Position numbers and translations under genes: made by a program
Shown: in pieces, positions 13,024 to 25,148 of the stretch
Layout of the letters: each line of letters starts with the position of its first letter
How positions within the stretch are numbered: the first letter of the stretch is position 1
The notes under the pieces: generated by a model
Told to the model about the DNA's origin: nothing
The model's input: the letters and a program-made list of their open reading frames with translations, nothing else
The model's database searches: none
NCBI GenBank assembly: GCA_030390025.1
Contig: CM059427.1
Coordinates: forward strand, 196,726,001 to 196,790,000
Source: Squalus acanthias
Lineage: Eukaryota
Reading direction: 5' to 3'
Length of the DNA: 64,000 bases

Positions 13024-13289
13024 ATAGGCCTACCTGAGATAAATGTGGGCACTTTCAGCCCAGTATTTGTGAACCCACTGACAATTCTGCACTGTCATCT
13101 TCCGAGATTACATACCTACATATGAAAAGGGCAGAAAAAGATCATCAGGCAGAACAGTGTTCAACAGGATACAAACTCGTGCACCATCCTCCCAAATCGT
13201 TAGCAATGCTGACTCAGGGGAATCAAAAACAGAGCCAGAATCTTGTGACTAACTTAAAACTAAAAAGCTTTAAAAAGAACATCCTGCAG

Positions 13290-13423
13290 TACTAATGAAC
13301 GGTCATCGACCTGAAACGTTAACTCTGTTTCTCTCTCCATAAACACTTCCTGACCTGCTGACTGTTCCCAGCATTTTCTATTTTTATTTCTGATTTCCAG
13401 CGTCCACAGTAATTTTGCTTTTA
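13290..13423 (+). repeat. Penelope-like terminal repeat fragment with degenerate minimal hammerhead core
   Basis: ctaatga-ac-ggtc-atc-gacc-t-gaaa-cgttaactctgtttctctctcc..tgacctgctga..ccagcatttt. Confidence 0.5.
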
Positions 13424-13969
13424 GAAAATTGACCCCGACTCCCTAAAGCTATCAGTGGGCAAGCCTGATACATCATAAACCGAACATAACTACCCCTTCC
13501 CATTTATGTCCCAATGTCCTTAGGAACATTGGAACACAAGACCAGGAACCAGTAAAACGCATCCTCATGCCTCTCACCCATCCCGGGTCACAGATTTCAT
13601 GCCCCATTTTACCTCACGTACTCTTCAATAGTCTGTCAAAAATGTATCCATCACCGTTTTGAAATTTGTAAGATCCTGTACTTCTGAGTCCTATTTTCTG
13701 CACAGCACGAAGAAGTTAAAGCTTAACTGCCATTCGCCTTTTCCAGTCTAAACTTGAATCAATGTCCTTTTATCCTGCAGCTTGCGACAATATTGAGTAT
13801 CTTTCTGTATCCAGTTTCTTTACTCGCTGTAAGATATTACAAACCTCAGTATGATTGTGGTAAGCTACCTCTACCCGATGTAAGCATCCTTAGAAGCCAT
13901 AGCCGAATCACATTTAGCAACTCAGATGGCCAGAATGGGTTCCTCCTCCCCACCGCAAGGGACCATTTC

Positions 13970-14345
13970 ACAACTCCAGTACAGTGCTGAGGGAGTGCTG
14001 CACTGTCGGAGGTGCTGTATTTTGGATGAGACGTTAAACCGAGGCCCCGTCTGCTCTCTCAGGTGGACATAAAATATCCCATGGCACTATTCCGAACAAG
14101 ATCAGGGGAGTTATCCCCGGTGTCCTGGCCAATATTTATCCCTCAAACATAACAAAAACTGATTATCTGATCGTTATCACATTGCTGTTTGTGGGACCTT
14201 GCTGTGCGCAAATTGACCGCTACGTTTCTCACATTACAACAGTGACTCCACTTCAAAAGTACTTCATTGGCTCTAAAGCACTTTGAGACGTCCGGTGGTC
14301 GTGAAAGGCGCTATATAAATGCAAGTCTTTCTTTTAAGTCTTTCT
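13970..14345 (+). mobile_element. SacSINE1-like SINE, 5'-truncated
   Basis: Near copy of 5908-6270. Confidence 0.85.
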
Positions 14346-15365
14346 AACTATATAGAATAATAAAGTGCGGTAGACCAGTGCTTTGTATAAGCTAATCAGC
14401 ACTTTCTCAGACGGTACGTCTTAAAATTCTGTTTATCTTTTTTTCCATCACCCTGGATTTTGTTCAAGGAGATGGTCTCACAGTGCTTCGGTATCAGAAG
14501 CCACTGTATTAAACTGCGCCAAGGCAACACAAAAATCTTACCAGGCAGCGTGGGAGATTTGTATGTATATTAGCAAACATGCACCGAGATTCTTTTTCGC
14601 TGAGGACAGAACAACGCTGAGCTGGGAGAAAAGCTTACACCTGCTGGCTCCACCTCCCTAGAAGCAGGTAGCAGTCTCGAACCGGTGCCTATGATATACC
14701 TGCATCTTTCTTTACTTTGCTGCTAACTGTGCAGAGGCTGGGTTGAGAATGCATGATTATAACTGTTACCTCAAATGAATAAGTGATCCAGCCCTTAGAG
14801 CTAACATAAATCGTCCTGATGACCACAGACACGGATAAAAAAATAAAATCATTATTAGCTGGTAACTTCACGAGAAATAAAGTATTATGAAACTGACATT
14901 TATGGATTATTGTAGGATAATTGTGAAGCTGGCGCTGCTCTGTATATGAAAGTTAGTTCGAGCAGAATCAGCAATTAGTAGGTGCTTGGAAGTACATCCT
15001 GCCTTACTCTTCCTATGACAGAGGGTTAACTTTTCATTTCACAGTTTAATCATAATACTACTTCTAATAATGGACGGTACATTAATCATCTTGTGCAACT
15101 TCTTATCATTGAGGATAAAACACTTGAAGAGTTGCTGTAATTTAATAGCACAAGCATGTCGAACACATTCTAAGATATATTACTACTTTGCATAGAGACT
15201 GGTCTGGGCAAAATGATCAGTAACCAAAGACGCAGGTAATTTGAGCTCAATTTGTGTTGAATTAACTCTTACAACTGCACATCGCCACAAAGAAACAGAC
15301 AATCTAATTTCGAATGTTCACCTGTGGATTCAAATCACAAAGTAATTTAAAAAAAATCACCTCAC

Positions 15366-17837
15366 CTCACTACTTTCAGTGTTAATATACTTTGAAGAAC
15401 TTGATGTCAGCGGATTCTCTTCTTTCCCAATAATTTCTCTCCGGACCTTAATCTTATCTGTAGATGAATTGCACGTGTTGGGAAACATCAAGTCTCTCTT
15501 GTTGGAATGCAAAGTTGAACAAGTCTCGTAGCGATAACTTTGGGAAAGTGGATCGCCCCCAAATACTTCAACATAGTTTGGAGCTATGTGAATGCTTCGG
15601 CTGGCTTTTTGAATTCCATTTAACGAATTCCTTGGTTGGATGCAGCAACATGTGTCCATGGCACAGGAATCGACATCAAATCCAGTTCTGTTTTTATGGA
15701 CCTTGAAGGCGAGGATAATTAAAACCAGTAGAAAAATCGATGAGATTATCCCTAAAGATATAACTAAGTAAAGGCTTATGTCAGAACTAAAGCCAGGATC
15801 TTCGGACAGGTTACTGGCACCAGGAAGCATCTCTGTATCGGCCTCCTCTACAGAGAACATTATCGTCATTGTAGCTGAGAGGGAAGGCGTCCCATTGTCT
15901 GCTACCACAATAAGCAACCTTTGCTTCTTGGAGTCTTTGTTCACAAGACGTCGGATTGTCCAGATTTCGCCAGTGTCGGATGAAATAGTAAAGAGGCCAG
16001 GGTCTGTACTTTGCCTAATCTGATAAGAAAGTTGTCCATTTTCACCAGCGTCAGCATCAGTGGCCGACACCTTCGCGACTAAGCACCCTGGTTCGGCGAA
16101 ACGAGACACTGTGTCCAATACTGTTGACCCAAACCCTGGTATTGGATGCAGGATCACTGGGGCATTGTCATTCTGGTCAAGGATAATTACATTTACTGAG
16201 GCGTTACCAGTAAGTGCGGGGACTCCAGAGTCCTGTGCTTGAACATGAATCTGAAAATGTTTTAGTTGTTCAAAGTCAAAAGTTCTCTGAGAAAATATGA
16301 TGCCACTGTCTACATTAATATCGACGTAATCAAACACTAGCTCCTCCTGAAGCCGAGTTTCCAAGATAGAATAGGATAGTCGAGAATTCTGCCTTAAATC
16401 CGGATCAAATGCAGTTAGTTGGAAGATAGAAGTCCCCATAATATTGTTTTCCATCACGTAAGCTGTATATAAAGGCTGTGTAAACTGCGGCGAGTTGTCA
16501 TTTATGTCTGAAACCTCCACCCGGATGGTTTTGTTGGATGTTAGAGGAGGGCTTCCCGCATCTCTGCATGTGATGGTAACATCGTACTTGGATATATTTT
16601 CGCGGTCTAGTGGATGGTGGGTAAGCAATCTATAATAGTTCTTTAAAGATAAATCTAGGACGAAAGAAAAGTTATCTGCGATTTGACATTCCACCTTTCC
16701 ATTTTCGCCTGAATCTTTGTCTGCTGCGCTGATCAGAGCAACTACGGTGCCCGGCAAAGCATCTTCACTTACTGGACTGGACAAGGAGGTCAAAGTCAAT
16801 TTAGGTACGTTATCATTCACATCAATAATGTCCACCAGCACATCGCAGTACACGGGCTTAGGGTAAGGACCCTTATCCATTGCTTGTACCTTGATCTCAA
16901 AAGCACTGTTTTCTTCATAATCTACACGCCCTTTCACTCTGATTTCACCAGTTTTGGAATCCACGGCAAATAGCTCGGGTACTCCTGCAGACGTATGACT
17001 GCTAAAAGAGTATACTATGTCTCCATTTGAACCATCATCCAAGTCAGTAGCATTTAATTTAATTACCAGGTTACCTTTAGGTGTATTTTCTAACAGACTG
17101 ACCCTATAAACTGACTGATCGAAAACAGGTTCGTTGTCGTTTGCATCTCCTATTATAATCAGTACTTGAGCAGTGCCTGACCGTTCAGGAACCCCTCCGT
17201 CCTTGGCAATTAGCACTAACCTGTGGACCGATTCCTTTTCTCTGTCCAAGAGTCTTTGCAGCACCAAGAATGGCAACTTTTCATCCCCGCTGCTCGTCTG
17301 TACTTCGAGAGCGAAATAATCGTTGGCATTTAGCTCGTAGGTTCGAAGGGCGTTTGTTCCAACGTCTGCATCATGCGCGCGTTCGAGCAGGAAGCGCGCT
17401 CCCGGTGTGGAAAGCTCTGAGATTTCCAGGCGGAACTGGCTCTTTGAGAATCTGGGTGCGTTATCATTTACATCTAAAATTTCCACTTCGGCGTGGTACA
17501 GGTTCAGGGGGTTTGCAAGCACGGCCTCCAGAGATACCGTACAACGGAGGCTGGCCCCACAGAGCTCCTCCCTGTCAATTTTTTCCCTTACAAACAGGAT
17601 TCCATTGTCTAAATTTACGTCGAAATACTGCTTCCTTGAGCCAGATACAATCCGAAAACTGCGAACTGCGAGCTGTTTCACATCTAAACCCAAATCGGCG
17701 GCGATATTCCCAACAAAGGCGCCCGGTTGCAGCTCTTCAGGAATCGAATAATGAAGCAGTCCAGAAACCATATCCCACGAGGTGAAAATACAGTACAACA
17801 GTTGCCATTTTATCAAACGATATATTTTATATCTCAT
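15366..17837 (-). CDS. Clustered protocadherin variable exon V3, intact
   Basis: 833-aa ORF 15357..17858 with full cadherin architecture; ATG 17837; donor GT at 15365-15364. Confidence 0.96.
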
Positions 17838-17869
17838 GACCAGCACAAAACATTCCAATTGTTTCAGCG

Positions 17870-18255
17870 CGTCGCGGTACTTTTCAATAATTCATTGGAA
17901 TAAAGTTGTTTAGAAATCATTTCTTAAGTAGATGTGCTAAATTGCACAAAATACCTTTACTTCTTAAAAATCGCCGAGATTATTCCTGAAAAATCTTCGT
18001 ATTTTTTAAAATCACCAATGAATGCATGTACAAAACGCAGCTCGCTATCCAGTTTTACGCTGTGTCTGATCGTACGCGATGGGGTGGATGGGAAGGGGGC
18101 AGTCAAGATCACCAGTCACACCTCAGCTTCTGATTGGCGAACAAAGGCACACTCATATTCAACCAATCTGAATACCGCTGATTTCTTAAAGCGAGAATGT
18201 CTTCTTAAAGCGTCGTGATTTTCTTGTTACATTTATTGGTGCGCAATTAAAAATA
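17870..18255 (-). promoter_or_regulatory. V3 promoter (CSE-like 18041-18055; CCAAT pair 18133/18163)
   Basis: Same motif array as V1. Confidence 0.8.
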
Positions 18256-18777
18256 GAAGGAAGCCTTTCTTTCTCTATTTTCGATATATTCTTCTTTCTG
18301 GAAATTTAGTTCTATAGAACGGGTTTATAATAGACATGTAAAGAGACAGTTATTCAGAACCTGCTGATAAAATGCAAGTCTGAATGCAGGCTTTATTTGT
18401 GGGACATTTTGACAATTTTGCCATTCCTCTATACTGAATTAATGCAATTCACTTTAATTATATTCTTCTGGGAATTTTCTTACAACGAACCGTATGACAA
18501 AGTTTACCATTACAAATTAAAATATTGTAGAAATTCTGTAGTGTAAAGAGATGACACATTGTCGTTTCCTCTCTGAGAGGAAAGACTCCTTTCACATTTG
18601 GCTGTATGAAGACAATTATGTAGCAGGCCGATACTTGTAGGGTGTCGTGAGGGGCAGCCGACTCGAGTTATACTGCCAACTGTTGTCTCGATCTCACCCA
18701 ATGATTGTCTATCTCTGTACCAGAAACTCCCCTCTATTGTTACAGAAATTGTAATATTGGGCGAAAGTTGACTGAGG

Positions 18778-18801
18778 TCTCTCTCTCTCTCTCTCTCTCT
18801 C
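18778..18801. repeat. (CT)n microsatellite
   Basis: Direct observation. Confidence 0.9.
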
Positions 18802-19285
18802 TTCCCCTCCCCTCTCTCCGCTATGGTTAAAAGATTCATAGTGAAGTTGCATAAATTACAGGGAACTTTTTTATCTTTTCTTATCATCGGTAAGATCATG
18901 ACCTCACACAATTTACATTAATGCCAAGTACTTTTAGTTTTGCATGAATGTAAAATATGTGGCACGACTCAGAGGTGAAGACGTAGGAAGTGAATTCAGG
19001 CAAGTGGTGTGAGACCACGACCCATTTAGATGTAGAAAAAGCTGCACTACAACCAATTGAAAGCAAGCTTCATAAATGTAATTTTACTTCTTTCTATTAA
19101 AATATAATCTTCATTTGAATGCCTGCATACAAAATAATTGCTTACTCAGAGAAGATATCTGTTACGATACAGTCGATAGTCTTCATAGCTGGTCACACTG
19201 TATTAAGCATCTATTACCGCAAGGACTAAGTTTGCTTATTGGAAACTTTGGCCACAACCGACCGATGCACATGCATGACGGATTT

Positions 19286-19465
19286 AAGAACATAATAACA
19301 TAAGAAATAAGAGCAGGAGTAGGCCATATAGCCCCTCGAGCCTGCTCCTCCATTCAATAAGATCATGGCTGATCATCGACCTCAACTCCACTTTCCCGCC
19401 CGATCTCCATATCCCTTGATTCCCCTAGAGCTCAAAAATCTATCTATCTCAGCCTTGAATATATC
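19286..19465 (-). mobile_element. Short CR1 3' end
   Basis: aagaacataa..gagcaggagtaggccat..cctcgagcctgctc..gatcatggctgatc, same as the other CR1 tails. Confidence 0.85.
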
Positions 19466-19468
19466 CAT

Positions 19469-22400
19469 TTCATCTGTGTCAGGTGAAAAAGCCAAGAGAA
19501 AGTGGTAAGAAAGCGAATATTTTAGCCAGAATCCTCATCATGTGCCATCACCTTGGCAACGTGGCACCTGGTTCTGTGAATGGGGACATTGGGCTGAATT
19601 TTGCCAGCGCTCAGAGTTTGGGTATGTAGGTGGGTCCACTGTCAAAATCGAAATGATTGACAGCGGGTTGGGAACCTGCTCCGAACCCGGCTCCATGTAA
19701 GTTTCGAAAATGTAGGCTCTACGAATTCAGAACAGACCCAACACCAAGCGGTGGGGGTGGCATTTAAGATAGTTAAATGCTTGTAAAATGCTTGTTAACT
19801 ACTATTTTGCCAGCCTATTTCTCTTTTAACAGTTTTTTAACGAGGTTCACGGCGTTCGGAGATCATGTCAGGTAAATGTGTCGGGTTCTCTATGTCTCCC
19901 TATTGCTGTGAATAGGTGACAGCTGCAAAAGTGGTATGAAAGCTACAATTTAACAGCTGTTCACTTTCCATTGTCAGAAGCTTTAGCCTTCAGGACCTGG
20001 AAGACACTTTTGAGCTGTATGCAGTTTGGAAGTGTTGGAGTAAACTCTCTATCCACTGTCACCTCCCCTCCTTGGAGCAAGCTCTCTCACTATTGACAGA
20101 TCGCTTCTGTCATCTCAACTTCAGCTGCCATCTATTCCAGCAACATCGGTGCCCTTGAAAAACTCTCACCTTGGTCCTCTGAATCCCTCCACGATCAGTC
20201 CCCAATACCAACATCACCAGGCACACCAACATCACCAGCAACAACAACAACCTTCTCCGCAATCACCTGATGCTGCACAAGACACAGGCCATCAGCACCC
20301 GACCACATTGCTGCCCAAGAGGCCAGCGATGGCATCTCCATGGCCAGATTTACTTCACTTGACGCTGCACACCCTGGCTGCACCAGGTTGACACCATCCC
20401 ACACCAGCACCATAAAGCATCCCTACAATGCCCAAGCCATTCATTTAACATTCTTCACATTTGTGGGGGGGGGGGGGGGGGGGGGAGAAAGTTAAGTCTC
20501 AACATTCACTGGAACTCACTAAGACACTTCCAAATGTGCGCACAGATCTGTCCAATAAGGCAAAGTGTTGAAAATAAAGATTTCAATGTTTGACAACACA
20601 ATAACAGAAAATTTACATGAACATTGCATAAGACACCCAACTGCCTACCCTTGTGTGTTGTTAGTTGGTATGACTGGACTAGGATGAGGGCGAGTGTGAT
20701 GGGTGGCTAGTGAGATGGGGATGTGATAATGTAGATAGAGAGGGATGAGTGGAGGTGCAAGGTAAGTTGGTGTGAGTAAGGATGTGCAGGAGTAGGGTAG
20801 GGAAGGCAGAGTTATGGGGATGTGATGAGTGGCACAGCAGGATGAGGTTGAGTGTGGCTTTGCAGTAAGGTTTCGTGATCTACTGAGATCAATGAAAGGT
20901 TTGAGCCACTGCAGGTACTCCTGACGGCATCTCTGCTTTCGCCCTCCTGTGCAATGTGCAACCAGGCTGTGTTGGTGTCCTGAGGAGGTCTCTTCCGCCC
21001 TTGGGAACGAAAGAGACCTTCTTTGCGTGCTGTGACTTCCTCCATCAGCATATTGAGGTAGTCATGCGAGAGCTTGGGTGCAGTCGTCCACCTTTGTGCA
21101 GTGCGTGTCTGTGTTTGCAGCACCTCAATGCTGCAGAACACTGACAGAACAACTGTCAAAATGAATATGGCCATCGTCCCTTTAAGGAAACCGATGATGA
21201 CGCGTCATCAAGTGACGTCATCAGACCCGTTTCCTTTTAATTGGCCGGGAACCTCGCTGGGTAGTCTTACCAAGCCCAATCCGGGGAAAATCCTTTTCAC
21301 AGAGCGGCTGGAGCCGGGAGCGGGACCGGGACCTGCCAACCATCTCTCCCGCCATGATCACGCCTCCGATGGCGAAATTGCGGCCATTGTTGCTATTATT
21401 GTTGACCCAAAATCAGGTAACGGATGCACGATCACTGGAACATTATCGTTCTGCTCCAGGATAATTATAATCCACCGAAACGTTGCTTGAGAGAGGTGGT
21501 ATCCCAGAATCTGGTGCTTGAACATGGATCCCAAAGTTTTTGAGTTGCTCGTAGTCAAAAAATCGCTGAGAAAATATGATTCAGTTATCTGAATTAATAT
21601 CGACGTATGTGGATACTAACCTCCCCTGGTCCGGAATCTCCAAGACCGAGTAGGATAGTCGAGCATTCTGGTTTAAATCTGAATCAGAAGCTGTCACTGA
21701 GAAGGCAGAAGTCCTAATAGAGTTATTCTTCATCATGTAAGGTGCTCATAAAGGCTGTGTAAAACGTAGTGGGTTGTCATTTATGTCGAATTCAAAACCA
21801 GGATTGTTTACATTGATGTAAGAGAAGGGGTTTCCAAATCATCACAACTGAATACTTAATGAAATTGTTGCGATCTAACATGCGCTGGGCAAGCAATCCA
21901 TTATAGGTCTTTAAAGAAGAATCTAATTTAAAGGAAGATTGTTTGTGATTTTATATTTCACTTGTCCATTTTCTCCCGAATCCTTTTCTGCTGCATTGAC
22001 CCGAGACACCACGGTCCCGGGGTGGACGTCTTCACGAATTGAACTGGGTAAAGAAGTCAGAGTCACGTCAGATGCGTTACCATTCACCTCGTCAATGTTC
22101 ATGAGCACTTCACATTGCCTGGACGTTGATCTCAGGAAACATTATTTTCTTCATCGTCCAAATCATCTTCAATTCCGATTTCGCCTGTTTTGCACTGTAC
22201 AGATTTGGCTCACGCACTCTAGCACATGTATGGCTGCTGAAATATTACACTATCTCTCCACTGGAACAAGCGCCCAAGTCAGTAGCGTTTAGTTTGATTA
22301 CCAGAGAACCTTAGGTTGAGTCTTCCAACGTGATGACCTTATAAACTGACTGGGGAAAGATAGGCGCCTTGTCATCCTGTAGAACGATTAATATCTAAAC

Positions 22401-23045
22401 AGTTCTCGATCTTTTAGGGACTCTACCATCTTTGTCAGAACGGGCTAACTTGTGGGTTGATTGTTTTTCTCTTTCCAATTAGTTTTCTAGCATCAATACA
22501 GGCAACTTTCCATCGGCACTCCGGGTTTCACTGTAGAATTAAATAATCGTTCAGAAGACAGCAGCAGATTTGGAGGGAGTTGCTTCCAACTTCCGGAACT
22601 TGGGAGCTTGCAAGCGCGAAGCGTGGCCCTGATGGAACATTCTCTGAGATGGAACAGGTCAGTGTTTGGAAAACTCAGAGAATTGTCATTTACATCTAGA
22701 ACCTGCATATTAATTTGGTCGAGGCTGAGTGGTTGTTTATTCACACCCTTTCAGCAAAATATCCAAGTGATACTCTGTTCACAAAGCCAAATATTTCCCA
22801 TCATAAGCAAAATCCCATTGATGAAATTTACATTCAAATTCTGTTTTCTCCGACCAGACACAATCCGAAACCACGAGCTGTCTTACATCTAAACCCAAAT
22901 TGACCGCAGCATTCCTAACAAAGCCACCCAGTTGTTTTCAGTAATCTAGTAGTGAATGTGTCCACAAATTAGGTACCAGCAAAGGAGCATAAACCAAAGC
23001 AGTTACCTATTTAGCACTGCATTTATTTTAAAATATTTGCACTTC
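19469..23045 (-). pseudogene. Decayed Pcdh variable exon psi-A (signal to start of EC6), split by a Harbinger-like insertion and lacking TM/cytoplasmic part
   Basis: Fragments VLDVNDNS (22493 ORF), EVNGNASDVTLTSL (21923 ORF), LEQNDNVPVIVHPLPDFGST (21358 ORF); EC6 start resumes at 19590-19469; many stops and indels; start codon lost. Confidence 0.9.
19591..21385. mobile_element. PIF/Harbinger-like DNA transposon deletion derivative with Myb/SANT-like gene relic (minus strand, about 20870-21110)
   Basis: Imperfect TIRs gggctgaattttgccagcg / cgatggcgaaattgcggcc (14/19); ATT duplicated at 19588-19590 and 21386-21388; APKLSHDYLNMLMEEVTARKEGLF..GRKRP..AWLHIAQE resembles Harbinger Myb/SANT proteins. 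Confidence 0.8.
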
Positions 23046-23139
23046 CATCAATAACCTCGCAAATGATTCAATGTGGGAAACACCATTCAGCATTTTCGTT
23101 GAATATCATGTCAGAATTCTATCCAGCAGAGTTACGTTG

Positions 23140-23425
23140 CTTAAAATACCTTTTGAATGCCCAAACAATTTTTCTGGCATTTTCCGCAAAGCGAAATTCG
23201 ATTCATGCAAAAAACCATGTAACGTTATGCAGCTCGCCATTTAGTTTTCCAATGTATTTGGTGCGTAATGACAAAAGCGGGCTGTCAGAATCTCCAGTCA
23301 CATTTCAGCTTCTCATTGGTGAAAAGAAGAACTCTCAGATTCAACCAATGACAATGCTCAATATCTCTTAAAGCTAGAGCGTCTTTGCAACACTTTGTCC
23401 AAATTTATTGTGGTGCAATTAAATT
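23140..23425 (-). promoter_or_regulatory. psi-A promoter, motifs largely retained (CSE-like near 23233; CCAAT pair 23315/23345)
   Basis: gcagctcgccatttagtttt, tctccagtcaca, attgg-30bp-ccaat, cttaaagct. Confidence 0.7.
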
Positions 23426-23734
23426 TTCAAGTAACCTTTTCTTTTATTATGTCGGGGCGTTCCTTTCCTGTGCTAAGCTGTCCTTCAAGAATAGTCTTAC
23501 AGTAAATTTTCTTAACTTCACGATGAAACAATCCACTGCAGACCTCTTAGAAATACACGTCTTAGTGAGTTCTACATTTATCAGTCATTTTGATGATTCA
23601 GCTATTCCAACCCAATTCTTTTAGTCAGTGTTCTGCTGAATACATCTAAAATCACTTGACTATCATACTTGGTTTCATTGTTGTTCTGCGATAGTGAACG
23701 TTTGGGTCTCTGCCTGTTGCTGCTGATACCAATA

Positions 23735-24050
23735 TTAAGGAATTGATGGGGCCTTAGATTAGCAAATTGCCTTTTAGAACAAAGATGCTAATCCAACATA
23801 AATTGTTGGGATGAATGTATTTTCTCTCCGGATGTAAGAGTTACATGTGAAATGAGTTTGGGCAGAATAAGCACAGTTACCAGTGGGCATTGTAATCCCA
23901 CTGCACAATGCTGCCTCTAATGTGGCACTCATTTGACACACTCACTCAAAGGGACCAAGGCTGTTCCAACCTTCCAACGTGTTAATGTGAAATGTCACAC
24001 GTGCTATGGACCAGTGCTTTGAAGATGATGTTGAGGCATATATGCAAAAA
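23735..24050 (+). mobile_element. LF-SINE-like relic
   Basis: atgtgaaatgagtttgggcag..cagttaccagtgggc..ctaatgtggcac..ccaaggct..ttgaggca, colinear with the LF-SINE consensus as recalled. Confidence 0.55.
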
Positions 24051-25148
24051 AAAAGACGGGCATCACTGGGCATTTAAACTGTGCTATATTTGACCTGGGA
24101 GTGCTTTACAATGGAAATAGCTTGAAATGGAAAACAGATCCATTCTCCAATGCTAACATCACTCTGCTCCCAGCACAAAAAAAAATCAGTAATAAAGTTC
24201 AAATGAAACAGTAATATTTGTATTTCTTCCAGAATTCAGTACAAATCATTAGGAGAAATATGTGTTGCAGCATCAAATATGAATCCAGTACTGCACTATA
24301 CACCGAGTAGAATCAGCAATAGACTAACACTTGCAAATCCATCCTTACATATGCTTTTGCAGCAGTTGTGCATTCACCTACAAAAAAATTCTGTCTTACA
24401 AGTGCCGAACGTTTTACACGTAGTAATGTAACGAAAGGTAGCTAGTTCGTGTGAGGGCACGTTCTTATGGTGCAGATAAGCCACTTAATGATTTAGAAAT
24501 AATTAATTGTAAATTAGTATGAACACATTCTTAGGGAAAACACTATATTCAACCCAAAAAGCCTGTGGTATGAGAGGTGATCGCTCTCTTCCTACCGGCC
24601 TCAAATCGAGCTTACTCTTTCTATGTTCATCACAACTTATCTACCAACCTTACCCACACTAGTATGCTTATTTTAACGTGCTGAACTTTTTTGTCCTTCT
24701 CCTAAACTTCAAGTATATATCTACCTGCTCGTTCTTCTCCCCGAATTTAGGCCAAGTGCCCGTCTCCTATTCCACCTCATTCTCACGCAGGACTTCAAAA
24801 GTGTGGAATGTCTTGATTCTTTCAGTCTCTTTCGTATTGCAATCTGCTAAACCCTAATTTTGGCGTCTTCTAGCCACTATTTGACTTAACTCATATTTTA
24901 ACCTATTCTTCCCTATAACCCTTGACACTATAACTGAACTTCTCAAGGTGAAACTCAAATGCTGTCATTTTTAGGGATAAATATTAGGGACAGATATAGC
25001 AAAATAAGTATAGTTGTGCAACCTTTAATCATATCTGCCATTTCTCTGCCATCAACTAGAAAAAGATGGAACCTAGGGCTACAATAATTCAGCGGTTGTC
25101 TGTACATTCAAGTCAAAATCAAAAGTGTTTTTTTTAGAAGCACCTCAC

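Noticed and set aside
17838-17858. N-terminal extensions MECFVLV / MGCFVLE in the ORF track
   Set aside because: They start at TTG or GTG, and the same frame has TGA in V2 and V5, so the MR(Y/F) ATG is taken as the start
20149-20391. Gln/His-rich ORF as a host gene exon
   Set aside because: Lies inside the Harbinger-like element and is low complexity; no splice context
23063-23085. Plus-strand MIQCG matching the V2 uORF peptide
   Set aside because: Opposite strand and only five codons; treated as coincidence
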